Shown here: positions 10,395 to 20,820 of the stretch, in pieces
Layout: each line of letters begins with the position of its first letter
How positions within the stretch are numbered: the first letter of the stretch is position 1
Source of the DNA: a virus
Reading direction: 5' to 3' (one strand)
Length of the DNA: 64,000 nt
Virus record (IMG/VR): IMGVR_UViG_3300033146_002242
Span: 32,001 to 96,000 of that record
The notes under the pieces: generated by a model
Database searches by the model: none
The model's input: the letters and a program-made list of their open reading frames with translations, nothing else
What the model was told of the DNA's origin: nothing
Program-made: the position numbers and the translations under genes

Positions 10395-11738
10395 ATGAGA
10401 AAAAAACAGGTAAAAAGAAAAAAGAAAAAATTAATTGATAATACTTTAAAAACAACACCCATTGGTAATAATAAAAGACATACTTTAAATGAATTAAAAA
10501 ATTTATTTGGTTTGGATATAACTAGTACAGATATGGTAGATACCATTGATACTTTAAGAAAAAACAAACCAAATATAATTATCGGGACTTGTACTAATAA
10601 TTTTATGTTTCGGCAGAATAATGGGCCTATACAAAAATTACAAAAAAAAGAAAATTATGTAATGTCATTATCAGTATACGCAAATTTGGAATTTGATAGA
10701 TATAAAACAAATCCAAAAACAGGTTTGGGTGTTAGAAATTTAAAACCAGCAAAAATTAAATTTTATGATATTTATAGACCTTATGAAGGGCAAGATTTAT
10801 CCAATAAAACTTTATTAGTTATGCGTACTGGTGGGATAGGTGATTTATTATTTATTCAACCAAATTTAATTTATTTAAAAAATAAATATCCTACATGTAA
10901 AATAGTTTTTGCTAGTAGCGCGCCATATCATCCAATGTTAGAAAATTGGGATTGTATTGACAAAGTTATTAGTTTACCATTTGGAGCTAAAATCTTATAT
11001 CAAAGTAATTACCATTTAATTTTTGAAGGTGTAATAGAACGAACGAAAGAAGCACATCATATAAATGCGTATGAATTGTTTTCTAAATGGATGTGTTTAA
11101 ATTTATCGAAAGATTTATTACGACCGATTCAACCAGTAAGAATTGATAGATATACAGAAATTAGTCAGGTTTTAAAGAATAAATTTAATATAGATGATTC
11201 ATCTGATAAAATATGTACTGTTCAATTAAAGGCATCATCTCCTATTCGTACACCCCATCCTGAGCAATTGTGGCTTCCTATATTAAAATTTATTTTGTCT
11301 AGAGGATATAAAATTGTTATTGTAGATAATCCAGCTTTACATGAACAAATTGAAAATATTATTAATACATATTTTGGTGATATAAAAGATTCTTTGGTAA
11401 ATTTTGTGAAATATTCTAAAGATATATCATATGCAATTGCGTTAGCATCAATGTCGGAAATCGTAATAGGACCAGATTCATCAATGGTACATATAGCAGA
11501 ATCAGTTGGAACAAAAAGTTTTGGTATTTATGGGCCATTTCCTGGATCTATTAGATTATCAACATATAAGTATAATAGTTGGATAGATTGTAAAGCTGAT
11601 TGTTCACCTTGTTTTACACATGGGCATCGTCCTTGTATTTATGGTGGACAAAATGGCGGGTGTTCACCATGTTATCAAAATATTAATATGTCTGAATTTA
11701 TTAAAAAATTTAAAGAATTAGAAATAAGAAATGTATAA
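10395..11738 (+). CDS. Glycosyltransferase, GT9 (heptosyltransferase-like)
   Basis: LLVMRTGGIGDLLF...LKNKYPTCKI; VIGPDSSMVHIAESVG. Confidence 0.88.
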   Translation: MRKKQVKRKKKKLIDNTLKTTPIGNNKRHTLNELKNLFGLDITSTDMVDTIDTLRKNKPNIIIGTCTNNFMFRQNNGPIQKLQKKENYVMSLSVYANLEFDRYKTNPKTGLGVRNLKPAKIKFYDIYRPYEGQDLSNKTLLVMRTGGIGDLLFIQPNLIYLKNKYPTCKIVFASSAPYHPMLENWDCIDKVISLPFGAKILYQSNYHLIFEGVIERTKEAHHINAYELFSKWMCLNLSKDLLRPIQPVRIDRYTEISQVLKNKFNIDDSSDKICTVQLKASSPIRTPHPEQLWLPILKFILSRGYKIVIVDNPALHEQIENIINTYFGDIKDSLVNFVKYSKDISYAIALASMSEIVIGPDSSMVHIAESVGTKSFGIYGPFPGSIRLSTYKYNSWIDCKADCSPCFTHGHRPCIYGGQNGGCSPCYQNINMSEFIKKFKELEIRNV

Positions 11739-12558
11739 AATATGTATATGTGTTAGGAATAGATTAGGTATTACAAAAAAATGTATAGAATCTATTCAAC
11801 GTCATAGCAGGATTCCACATGAAATTTATATTTATGATAATTTAACAAATTATAGATTGAAAGAACATTTTGAATATTTTCACAATTTATTTAAAAATGA
11901 TATTATTCAACAATATACTGTTAATTCAGATAAATCAACTTTTAATGCATTTTCAAAAGTTGTAGCTTTAAATCAATTCGGATATCATCATATATCTGAT
12001 CCAAGAAAAAATATTTTTGAATTTTTAGTATTTCTTGACAATGATATGATTGTTATGCCGGGATGGGATAAATATATCAATGAAGCTTGGAAACATTTAA
12101 AAAAATTAGATCACACCAATATTAAAATTGTTACACAATACCCAGGTGGAATTAAATATGCGACACCTTATCAAAATAAAATAAAAAATGTAGATACATA
12201 TACAGGTAAATTAGGCGGTTCTGGATTTTGGGCTGTTAATACAGATTTTTTTTCAGATGTAGGATTTTTGGATTGTAAACATTTTATAGGACAACATAAA
12301 AAACATGATCAAATGTATTGGCATAAGTTAAATAGAGCTGCAAAAAATAAAAACTATATATTGGCGATTCATACTAATTTAGCTATTCATGCAGGTGGTA
12401 TAGCTGGAAGTGTTTGTAATAGTTTGACTAAAATTAATGATGATAAAAGTAAATTAGAAAAAATCAAGTTTAAAGAAGTTGATGCAAAAATAGAGAAATT
12501 ATCATTTGATGATTTCTTTAATGCTATAAGACAAAAAAATAAACTTTTTAAATGGTAA
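11731..12558 (+). CDS. Glycosyltransferase, GT-A fold (GT2-like)
   Basis: ICICVRNR..TKKCIESI, IYIYDN, FLVFLDNDM (DxD). Confidence 0.82.
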   Translation: MYKICICVRNRLGITKKCIESIQRHSRIPHEIYIYDNLTNYRLKEHFEYFHNLFKNDIIQQYTVNSDKSTFNAFSKVVALNQFGYHHISDPRKNIFEFLVFLDNDMIVMPGWDKYINEAWKHLKKLDHTNIKIVTQYPGGIKYATPYQNKIKNVDTYTGKLGGSGFWAVNTDFFSDVGFLDCKHFIGQHKKHDQMYWHKLNRAAKNKNYILAIHTNLAIHAGGIAGSVCNSLTKINDDKSKLEKIKFKEVDAKIEKLSFDDFFNAIRQKNKLFKW

Positions 12559-12564
12559 TTATAT

Positions 12565-13491
12565 ATGAAAAAACAAGATGTTATTTTAGTTGGGCCTTTT
12601 ACAGGTGAATTGTATTGGGAATTTTTTAGATTTGCACCATATATTTTTTTCCAACAAAAACAACATAATAATATACCATTAGTGGTTTTAACACGACCAG
12701 ATCGATATGATATATATGGAGAGAGATGTATTGAATTTGCACCTCTTACTATTAAAGGAGATTCTGAATATAGATTTGCTGAATGTTTTAGAATGATGGG
12801 ATTGGATTATATAGATTATATGAAAATTGTTAAAGTTTTTAATATTCAAATGGCAAAAAAATATAATATAATTCAACATTATTATCCACCTCATAAAAAA
12901 CCAGATTATTTATTAAAAGATTATTATCCACTATGTAATAGATTGTTTGATTACAAAGTTAGGAAAGATAATAGAAAATTAATAAAAAAATTTATTAAAA
13001 AAGTAACGAAACCAATTGTAATTTTAGCTCCTAGATATAGAAAAAATTTTAAAAGAAATTGGCCTTATTGGAATGATTTATATGATAAATTGGAAAAAAC
13101 AGGATGGAATAAAAAAATAGAATTTATAATATGTGGTAAAAAAGGTGAATATGTACCTGATAGGAAAAAGAGATATAAAGATATAAACGAAATTACTTTA
13201 ACAAATAATTCATCTTTATTTGGTTTGTTATTAGAATTAATGATATATAACAATTTGACAATTGGATCCCAATCAGCAATTCCAAATATTTCGTTATTAT
13301 ATAAAAAACCTGTAATTGAATGGGGTAATCAACGACATTTACATACAGTGACATATAATTTATATAATACACCAGTTATATTTTTTGATACAAATGATTT
13401 TAAAATACCCCTAGATAGAATGTTTAATACAATAGTTGTAAAATTAACTGATATTTGTTTAGAATATCAAAAACAAGGAGAAGTCGCATGA
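12565..13491 (+). CDS. Glycosyltransferase, GT-B fold (GT9-like)
   Basis: GPFTGELYWE, RNWPYW, TIGSQSAIPNISLLYKKPVI; position in GT cluster. Confidence 0.65.
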   Translation: MKKQDVILVGPFTGELYWEFFRFAPYIFFQQKQHNNIPLVVLTRPDRYDIYGERCIEFAPLTIKGDSEYRFAECFRMMGLDYIDYMKIVKVFNIQMAKKYNIIQHYYPPHKKPDYLLKDYYPLCNRLFDYKVRKDNRKLIKKFIKKVTKPIVILAPRYRKNFKRNWPYWNDLYDKLEKTGWNKKIEFIICGKKGEYVPDRKKRYKDINEITLTNNSSLFGLLLELMIYNNLTIGSQSAIPNISLLYKKPVIEWGNQRHLHTVTYNLYNTPVIFFDTNDFKIPLDRMFNTIVVKLTDICLEYQKQGEVA

Positions 13492-13721
13492 GTGAGAATA
13501 ATCAAGAAGGAAAATTAAATTTATGGTCTAGTAATAAAAAAGGTATGATTGATGGTATTTTTAAAAATTTAAAAGCATTACGTTATAAAGGTGAATACTA
13601 TGAAGAAATTGGGTTACCACAAATAGATTTAGTTATTCGTGGGTTATTACAAGATGTGGATACTTTAAAACGTGAAAATACATTATTAAAAAATAAATTA
13701 AAAAATGAAAATAGTATTTAA
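13488..13721 (+). CDS. Small hypothetical protein
   Basis: AGGAG RBS, ATG at 13488 overlapping the upstream stop. Confidence 0.55.
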   Translation: MSENNQEGKLNLWSSNKKGMIDGIFKNLKALRYKGEYYEEIGLPQIDLVIRGLLQDVDTLKRENTLLKNKLKNENSI

Positions 13722-14691
13722 TTCAATGAACTGTGGTTTGGGTAATAATGGGGGTACTCAAACCATAGTTCATTCAGCTAATTTATTATCTGAATTAGGG
13801 CATGATGTTGAAATAATTGATACTATGAAAAATTGTTTTACATGGCACCCTTTAAAAGTCAAACATACAATAATTAAAAATAATTATCCAAGTTGTGATA
13901 TTATTATTGGTACTGGAATAAAAACATTAGAAACAACTGCAAATTATAAAAAAGCTAAAAAAAGATTTCATTGGATACGTGGATGGGAAACATGGCAATT
14001 ATCTGAAAAAGATATGGTAAATTTATTTAAACAATATGAAGATAAAATTATATATGTGACGAATGGGATTGCTATTCAGAAAAAATTAGAAAAATTTGGA
14101 ATTAAATCATATATTCAATATGCGGGTCTTGATATTGATAATACAAATATTTTACATGTTTATAATGAAAAATTAGATAAACAATTTGTAATTGGTGGTT
14201 TAATAAATTTTAGGCATCGTACAAAAAATTCTGAATGGATTTTTCAAATATTTAATTATCTTAAACAAAAATATAATATTTTGTTATATACATATGGTAC
14301 ATCAGATATAAATTGTAATCAGAATCATTATCATTTTAAATCACCATCAAAAAAACAAAAAAATAAAATTTATAAAAAAATAGATTTCTGGCTATCAACA
14401 AGTGTTAATGAAGGTTTTCATATTCCACCAGCTGAATTTATGTTAACAAGTGGTGTTGTTGTTGGTGTGGATTCAGAGTTTAATGGTACACGAAGTTATT
14501 TATTTGATAACGAAACAGGTTTTTTATGTGATAAAAATTGGAAAGCAATAGCGAATAAAATTTTAAAGATTAAAAATGATTATGATAATTTAAATATTGT
14601 TGCTAATAATAGTAAAAATTACATATGTAATATAATCGGAAGTCGACGATATAACATGAAAAAATTTATAAAGATTATGGAAAATGTATAA
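13705..14691 (+). CDS. Glycosyltransferase, GT4-like
   Basis: NGGTQTIVHSANLLSELGHDV; STSVNEGFHIPPAEFM; LFDNETGFL. Confidence 0.88.
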   Translation: MKIVFNSMNCGLGNNGGTQTIVHSANLLSELGHDVEIIDTMKNCFTWHPLKVKHTIIKNNYPSCDIIIGTGIKTLETTANYKKAKKRFHWIRGWETWQLSEKDMVNLFKQYEDKIIYVTNGIAIQKKLEKFGIKSYIQYAGLDIDNTNILHVYNEKLDKQFVIGGLINFRHRTKNSEWIFQIFNYLKQKYNILLYTYGTSDINCNQNHYHFKSPSKKQKNKIYKKIDFWLSTSVNEGFHIPPAEFMLTSGVVVGVDSEFNGTRSYLFDNETGFLCDKNWKAIANKILKIKNDYDNLNIVANNSKNYICNIIGSRRYNMKKFIKIMENV

Positions 14692-15511
14692 TATAAAATT
14701 AAAAAGAGAAATCTTAAATCATGTGAATAATTCTATTAATTATAATAAACCATTTTCATTGATTCGATTTGGTGATGGTGGTTTAAAAATGATGTTATCA
14801 TATATAAAAAATAAAGAAGGGAATTTAAAAATTATATCAGAAAAGGAAGGTATACCTTTAGATAAATTTCAATTTGTTATTAATTTATGGGCTATATATG
14901 CTAACAAATCTGATTATATAGATACACCACATGTATATGAAAATACATATAATTTTTGGAAAAGATATAAGCTCGATTTTAAACCTATTAATGTAAAAAC
15001 AAATGAACTATTAAAAAATTGGGAGAATGTTTATAATAGTATACATATAAATACAAAAGATAGATTATATTGTAATCCTGAATTTAATTGGTTATCTATT
15101 TTAAATTATCCCCCAAATATTTTTAACGTGTTACATAAACGAAAAATATGTTTTATATCAATATTTGATGATATTCCTGTTTTATCAGATAAATTTGATG
15201 TAACATATAAAAAAATAGTAGGTCATTATGATAATCAATTTGAAAATAGCTTTCAAGAAACAATTGAATATATTGAAGAAAATATAGATAATTTTGATTT
15301 GTGGTTAAATTCATCTGGTGAATTAGGAAGAATTTATTCTGGTAGAATACGAGAATTAGGCGGCCGTGTTATTGATATGGGATTTGTAGCTCAATATTGG
15401 AAGGATGGTAAAATGCCATTGAGATTTAATAAATTTATAAGGCCTGATGAACAAAATCCATTATGTATAAAATTAACAACATTGGGTGAAAGTTATAGGA
15501 ATTTCATATGA
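14684..15511 (+). CDS. Glycosyltransferase, GT-D (DUF1792)-like
   Basis: PFSLIRFGDG motif; GELGR...GGRVIDMG. Confidence 0.65.
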   Translation: MYNIKLKREILNHVNNSINYNKPFSLIRFGDGGLKMMLSYIKNKEGNLKIISEKEGIPLDKFQFVINLWAIYANKSDYIDTPHVYENTYNFWKRYKLDFKPINVKTNELLKNWENVYNSIHINTKDRLYCNPEFNWLSILNYPPNIFNVLHKRKICFISIFDDIPVLSDKFDVTYKKIVGHYDNQFENSFQETIEYIEENIDNFDLWLNSSGELGRIYSGRIRELGGRVIDMGFVAQYWKDGKMPLRFNKFIRPDEQNPLCIKLTTLGESYRNFI

Positions 15512-16248
15512 TTGATATAACTATTACAGCAACTATCAGACCTATATTATTAAAACGAACATTAACATCTTTTTTTAAAAATTGTTTTAATGATTTTAGT
15601 ATTAGAAATAAACTTAAAAATAAAATTCATATTATAATAAATGTAGATCCAATAGGAGAAAATAGATATTCACAAAAACACATGTATGATATTTGTAAAA
15701 GATTTTCTGATAATGTAACATATAATGCTCCAAAAAAACCAAATTTTGCAAAAGCTGTTATATGGTGTTGGAAACAATGTAAAAATAAGTATGTTTTTCA
15801 TTTAGAAGATGATTGGATATTAAATGATAGAATCAATTTAGAAAATTTAATATCAATGATACAAAATAGAGATGTTGCAGCTGTTAGGTTATATAAAAGA
15901 GATTATCCTAAAAAACCACCTTATATGATGTTTGATTGTGAATATACATATGAGAATAATTTATTTATAGCAACTGATAGTTCAAATCAATTTGGTTTAA
16001 ATCCTGTTTTAATTGACAGAAAATTTATAGATACTGCTTTGATATTAATGACGGGAGATCTTAATCCAGAAAAACAATTTCGAGTTAGTAATAAAAAAAT
16101 GAAGCAATTTGTATTAGCACATAAATATGCTATTTATGGAAAACCTGGAATGAAAGCATTAGTTAGTGATATTGGATTATCTTGGAGAAAACAACGTAAT
16201 ATTGAAAAACCAAAAGGTGCAACTTTTATTAATTGGAAAGTTAAATGA
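15508..16248 (+). CDS. Glycosyltransferase, GT-A fold
   Basis: TATIRPILLKRTL, YVFHLEDDW. Confidence 0.75.
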   Translation: MIDITITATIRPILLKRTLTSFFKNCFNDFSIRNKLKNKIHIIINVDPIGENRYSQKHMYDICKRFSDNVTYNAPKKPNFAKAVIWCWKQCKNKYVFHLEDDWILNDRINLENLISMIQNRDVAAVRLYKRDYPKKPPYMMFDCEYTYENNLFIATDSSNQFGLNPVLIDRKFIDTALILMTGDLNPEKQFRVSNKKMKQFVLAHKYAIYGKPGMKALVSDIGLSWRKQRNIEKPKGATFINWKVK

Positions 16249-17162
16249 AAATATTAATTATTTCTGAAAATCAAATTAATAAATATAATTGGGGACACCA
16301 ATTATTTAGAAATGAAATAGCTAGACAGCATGATGTATTATTTTTTGGGCCTGGGTATACTACATCATCTTTAAAAAAATTTTTAATTAAAAATAAAACT
16401 GATTTTGATGATATTGATTTTGTTTTTACATATGGTTTAAAATATACAAAAAAAATAGAAGATATTTGGACAATTCCTGATAATGTAACAAAGGTGCATT
16501 ATGTTATTGATTTTTTTGTAAAAAAAGATGGATTTAAAGGACGAGAACAATCACAGTATGATTTTTTAAATAAATATAAACCTGATATAATTTTTTCTGT
16601 TTATCACAATTCAATCAGACCTATTAAAAAAAATACAGGTAATGAAAAAGTTTTTGTGTTACCATTTAGTGTGTGTACACAAACATATAAAAAAATACAT
16701 TTATTAAAAGAAAATAAAATAATGACTTGTTTTTCGACAAGACCTGATGCTTATCCAAATAGAGGTAAAGCAATACAATATTTAAATGATAATAATTTTA
16801 AAATAGTACAAAGACAAAAAAGATACGATTATATTAAAGCTATTAATAAATGTAAAATATCATTGGGAGTGTGTGATATTTTTAAAAGTTTGAATATGAG
16901 AGTTACTGAAATATTAGCATGTGGTGGTTTATTTTTAACAGATAAACCTAATTATATTGAGGAATTAGGTTTAATTGAAAATAAGCATTATGTAACATAT
17001 AAAAGTTTTAAAGATATGGCATATAAAATTAAATATTATTTTTTACATGATAAAGAAAGAACAAGAATTGAAAACGAAGGTATGCGATTTGTAAGAGAGA
17101 ATCATAGTTGTGAAAAGCGTGTAAAACAAATGATTAAAATAATTAATAAATGTAATAGGTAG
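16245..17162 (+). CDS. Glycosyltransferase, GT-B (CgeB/YkvP-like)
   Basis: LNMRVTEILACGGLFLTD...RENHSCEKRV. Confidence 0.82.
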   Translation: MKILIISENQINKYNWGHQLFRNEIARQHDVLFFGPGYTTSSLKKFLIKNKTDFDDIDFVFTYGLKYTKKIEDIWTIPDNVTKVHYVIDFFVKKDGFKGREQSQYDFLNKYKPDIIFSVYHNSIRPIKKNTGNEKVFVLPFSVCTQTYKKIHLLKENKIMTCFSTRPDAYPNRGKAIQYLNDNNFKIVQRQKRYDYIKAINKCKISLGVCDIFKSLNMRVTEILACGGLFLTDKPNYIEELGLIENKHYVTYKSFKDMAYKIKYYFLHDKERTRIENEGMRFVRENHSCEKRVKQMIKIINKCNR

Positions 17163-17166
17163 ATTA

Positions 17167-18219
17167 ATGAAAACACTTTATTTATTTCGTAGCAATTTAA
17201 AATCTTTAGAGTATTATCATAGTATTACTGATGTAGATGATTTTGAAAGAAACTGTCATGATTTTTATTTATTGATGCCTTTTTATTTTTTAAAAATGGG
17301 GATTTTTGATAAAGTTTATATTTATAGATTATCTGATAAAAAAAGAAATACAATAAAATTCAAGGTAAAAAATAGAAAAGGTACAAAGGGTATATTTTAT
17401 CAGGTATTTTCAACTGATAATTTTAAAGATGTTTTTCAAAATCCAGATAAACCAGATGTATCTATATTCAGAGGTGGATTTAAAGAGTATGATACTTTAA
17501 TAAATATGAATAGAAAATTTTTTGGAAAATCTTTTTATTTGGGAGCAAGTCGTAGATTTCATCCTAATTATGGTGGTGAATATGATTATATTTTATATGA
17601 ATCAGAACATGATTTGTTTATGAATCAAAAAAATAATTTCAAGTATAAGAGATTTTTTAAAACAGCTAATCCAAAAATATTTTATCCTAAAGAATTAAAA
17701 AAAGAATTTGATATTATTTGGCCGTGGAAATATACATCTGATTTTCGTAAAGGGGAAAAATTCTTTTTAAATGCTGTTAAAAATAATAATGGTTTAAAAC
17801 AATTAAGGATATATCATTGTGGAAATGAACCGGAAAAAGCTAAAAAACTTTTTAGACAATATGGAATTAATAATATTGTTTGTGATAGTAATAAGCATTA
17901 TCATGACATGGCTGATGTATTAAATATGGGTTTTTGTGGTTTGGTAACAAGTGACAAAGAAGATGGCTGCCCTCGTTTATCTACTGAAATAATGGCATGT
18001 GCCACACCATTGGTAATAAGAGATAAAACTCGTATATTGAATTATTATCGAGGTGGTGGAATGTTAAGATATTATGATGAACATTCAATGTATAATCAAA
18101 TTATATATGCTATTAAAAAATATGATTCTATAAGAAATTCTTTAAAAGAACGATTGCTACATGATTTATCAATTGAAACAATATGTGAAATGAATTTAAA
18201 AGAATGGGGAATTATATAA
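17167..18219 (+). CDS. Glycosyltransferase, GT-B fold (GT4-like)
   Basis: FRKGEKFFL, DKEDGCPRLSTEIMACATPLV. Confidence 0.7.
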   Translation: MKTLYLFRSNLKSLEYYHSITDVDDFERNCHDFYLLMPFYFLKMGIFDKVYIYRLSDKKRNTIKFKVKNRKGTKGIFYQVFSTDNFKDVFQNPDKPDVSIFRGGFKEYDTLINMNRKFFGKSFYLGASRRFHPNYGGEYDYILYESEHDLFMNQKNNFKYKRFFKTANPKIFYPKELKKEFDIIWPWKYTSDFRKGEKFFLNAVKNNNGLKQLRIYHCGNEPEKAKKLFRQYGINNIVCDSNKHYHDMADVLNMGFCGLVTSDKEDGCPRLSTEIMACATPLVIRDKTRILNYYRGGGMLRYYDEHSMYNQIIYAIKKYDSIRNSLKERLLHDLSIETICEMNLKEWGII

Positions 18220-18223
18220 AAAA

Positions 18224-18260
18224 AAATCTTCCTTCCCAAATGAGAGGAAGGAAGATTTTT
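18224..18260. terminator. Bidirectional terminator between convergent genes
   Basis: Perfect 14 bp IR aaaatcttccttcc/ggaaggaagatttt. Confidence 0.75.
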
Positions 18261-18265
18261 CCGGA

Positions 18266-19198
18266 TTAGTTATTCCAGTTTATCTGACCTGGAGTAACTT
18301 TTCCATAACAGTTAATGGTGATGTTGAAATTAGCCTGAGCTATTTCAACATCACCATTTTCTGTTATTTTAATTTTCACCGGGGCCGGCGAAACAACCGC
18401 CAACCCCGGCTTTCCATTGATATCAATTCCCGACCCAGGGATTACAATAGCTGGATCGGGGATATCTTCTTCATCGCCATCACTACAAATGATGGCGATG
18501 TCATCTACACCTCCCTTCTTTTTTAATACACCTCCGATTACAAGGTGTTCCATTTTGCTATCATTGGGGTCGGCTGCGAACCACGCCGCTAAATCCCGCA
18601 GCCGATCGTTTAATATTTTTTTCTCAATAGGTGAATCTGGTACCAGGCCTCGATTCACCCACACTTCAAAACCCCCAGCTTCCACCTTGTAGAAACTGGG
18701 AGTAACTAATTGCTTAGCCTTGTCCATAAAGGACTCGGCTTTTTTATTTTTTGTTGCGGTTTCTGTCTTATTATTAATCAAGTCAGTGGAGCAATTCCTG
18801 ACTTGATTAATGGCCCATGGCGCTGCTGTTGCCATGATTCCAATAGCAACAGCAGCAACTATGTGTCCTTGAAGGAGATTGGCCGACTCCTCCAAACCCT
18901 TGCCGACAATCAGGTTCTTTACGAACCAAATTCCGGCAAGGGAACCAATTCCTAGAATAATTAACCCGCCCAATGGATGGTTTCCCATCCACCAGCGGGT
19001 TATATAAAAACCAGCTGGGGCCGAGCATATTGCCCAGCACCACAGCCAGAATCCCCTATGGGATTCATCAAGACGACGAATCCCATAGAATGCCCCAATA
19101 ATGGTCAGGAAGGTCCCGACCATTAATAGATCATTTACTGTTATAGCGATGCTGTGCAGCACCGCCATTACTTGTTCATAAATAGTTTGTTCGTTCAT
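18266..19198 (-). CDS. Membrane protein (about 4 N-terminal TM helices), higher-GC island
   Basis: AGGAGG RBS; hydrophobic N-half; visibly higher GC than flanks. Confidence 0.8.
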   Translation of the reverse strand: MNEQTIYEQVMAVLHSIAITVNDLLMVGTFLTIIGAFYGIRRLDESHRGFWLWCWAICSAPAGFYITRWWMGNHPLGGLIILGIGSLAGIWFVKNLIVGKGLEESANLLQGHIVAAVAIGIMATAAPWAINQVRNCSTDLINNKTETATKNKKAESFMDKAKQLVTPSFYKVEAGGFEVWVNRGLVPDSPIEKKILNDRLRDLAAWFAADPNDSKMEHLVIGGVLKKKGGVDDIAIICSDGDEEDIPDPAIVIPGSGIDINGKPGLAVVSPAPVKIKITENGDVEIAQANFNITINCYGKVTPGQINWNN

Positions 19199-19454
19199 AC
19201 CAAACCTCCTTTGGTATTAAAATTAAAAGATTACCGTTTTATATTCCGCGCCCGGTCTGCGGTCTCCTATTTAATTTATATACCATAGTAGGATTAACTA
19301 TGGTCACAATAACAATAAGATTGTTATTAGTATTAATTAATATATATAATAAAGTTGAGTTAAATAAATTGATAATTTATTATTTTTATTATAATTAAAT
19401 AGTGTTATTATATATATTCATTCTTGATATTTGAGATTGGTTTTTATTTTTAGA

Positions 19455-19467
19455 GAACATAAAAATA
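19455..19467 (+). promoter_or_regulatory. Candidate promoter GAACA-N6-TA
   Basis: GAACA TAAAAA TA upstream of queC. Confidence 0.55.
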
Positions 19468-19503
19468 CATTCATATATTATATTGCAAGGAGGTTTAAAC
19501 GAT

Positions 19504-20094
19504 ATGAATTCTATAGAGAAACCATCATATAATTATGATTTGATTATTTTATTTTCGGGTGGTGCTGATAGTGCCATGTTACATGATTTAGCAATATCAT
19601 CAAAAAGACATCCAATTTATTTAATGATTGATTATGAACAATTGCATAAAGAAGAATTACAATATGCTAAAAGATTGTTAGAATATTGTAAATCTATTCA
19701 ACATTCACAAACTGTAAAAATTCAGAATTTAAAAATAAATTCTGGTTTGACAGGTGATGGTGAAGTAAATCAATATAATAATGTTCATCCTTTTCATGTA
19801 CCATCTAGAAATCTTATGTTTATCTCGATTGCAGCTTCTATTGCAGAAGCTAATAATATTGATACTATTTGGTATGGCGCTGATTTATCAGATAGGGAAA
19901 ATTTATTTCCTGATTGTTATCAGGAATGGATTATAAAAGTTAATGAACTTTTGAAAATAAATGGAAGTAAACCAATAAAATTGGAAGCTCCATTAATAGG
20001 AATGACAAAAGATTCTATTTTACAATATTTGAAATCTAGAGGTTATAGAGAAGAAATTATTTTTTCTGGATATGGTAATTTAGATAAAAATTAA
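19504..20094 (+). CDS. queC: 7-cyano-7-deazaguanine synthase QueC-like
   Basis: ILFSGGADS (PP-loop), YEQLHKEE, VPSRNLMFISIAA, FPDC, LEAPL; C-terminal Zn cysteines absent. Confidence 0.82.
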   Translation: MNSIEKPSYNYDLIILFSGGADSAMLHDLAISSKRHPIYLMIDYEQLHKEELQYAKRLLEYCKSIQHSQTVKIQNLKINSGLTGDGEVNQYNNVHPFHVPSRNLMFISIAASIAEANNIDTIWYGADLSDRENLFPDCYQEWIIKVNELLKINGSKPIKLEAPLIGMTKDSILQYLKSRGYREEIIFSGYGNLDKN

Positions 20095-20139
20095 GAACAT
20101 ACACCAAAACAATTATTTTGGAGGAAAAATATTTATATC

Positions 20140-20820
20140 ATGGACGATACAAGAATTTTAATTACAAATGAATATTATCCAAAAGGATTAAATGATGTGC
20201 AAGTGCAAAAACATTATAAGAAATATCAAAAAGAAATTTTATTAGAAGTACAACGAAGAAAAGTTGCTCTTGTAATCTGTCCAGATACAAATAATTTAGT
20301 TTGGTTAAGGAATATTAAAAATAAACCTATTTATTTAAAGAATAGGAGAGATTTTCAAAATATAATTCATGAAAGAGTTTTATCAATTTTTCCTGAAATT
20401 CAACAGTATGAAAAGAAATTAGTTGTTGATATTGATTGTACTAATATTAATAATGCAAAAAAAGTAGCAAAATTATTATATAATATATTTACAAAGTCTG
20501 GATATATTACTGATGTAAAAATATTTTTTACTGGACAAACATCTTTTCATTTACATTTATTTTTACCTAATAAAACAAATATTGAGAGAGGTAAAGAATT
20601 AGTTGATGGGTTAATTAGGAGAGATGCATTTGCTCCAAAATTAATGACAATCAATCAAAGAAGGCCCAAAGATGAATTCCCAAATATAGATTTTTCAACT
20701 TTTAAAGAAAGATCAATTTATATTTGTCCATATTCATTATCAAAATTTGGGTTAATTGCGGGAGAAGTAAAAATAAATGAAATAGATTCATTTAATATAC
20801 AACATTATAAAGTTAAATAG
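20140..20820 (+). CDS. Archaeo-eukaryotic primase-polymerase (LigD PolDom-like AEP)
   Basis: LVVDID (motif I), FTGQTSFHLH (motif II), IDF...CPYSL. Confidence 0.75.
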   Translation: MDDTRILITNEYYPKGLNDVQVQKHYKKYQKEILLEVQRRKVALVICPDTNNLVWLRNIKNKPIYLKNRRDFQNIIHERVLSIFPEIQQYEKKLVVDIDCTNINNAKKVAKLLYNIFTKSGYITDVKIFFTGQTSFHLHLFLPNKTNIERGKELVDGLIRRDAFAPKLMTINQRRPKDEFPNIDFSTFKERSIYICPYSLSKFGLIAGEVKINEIDSFNIQHYKVK

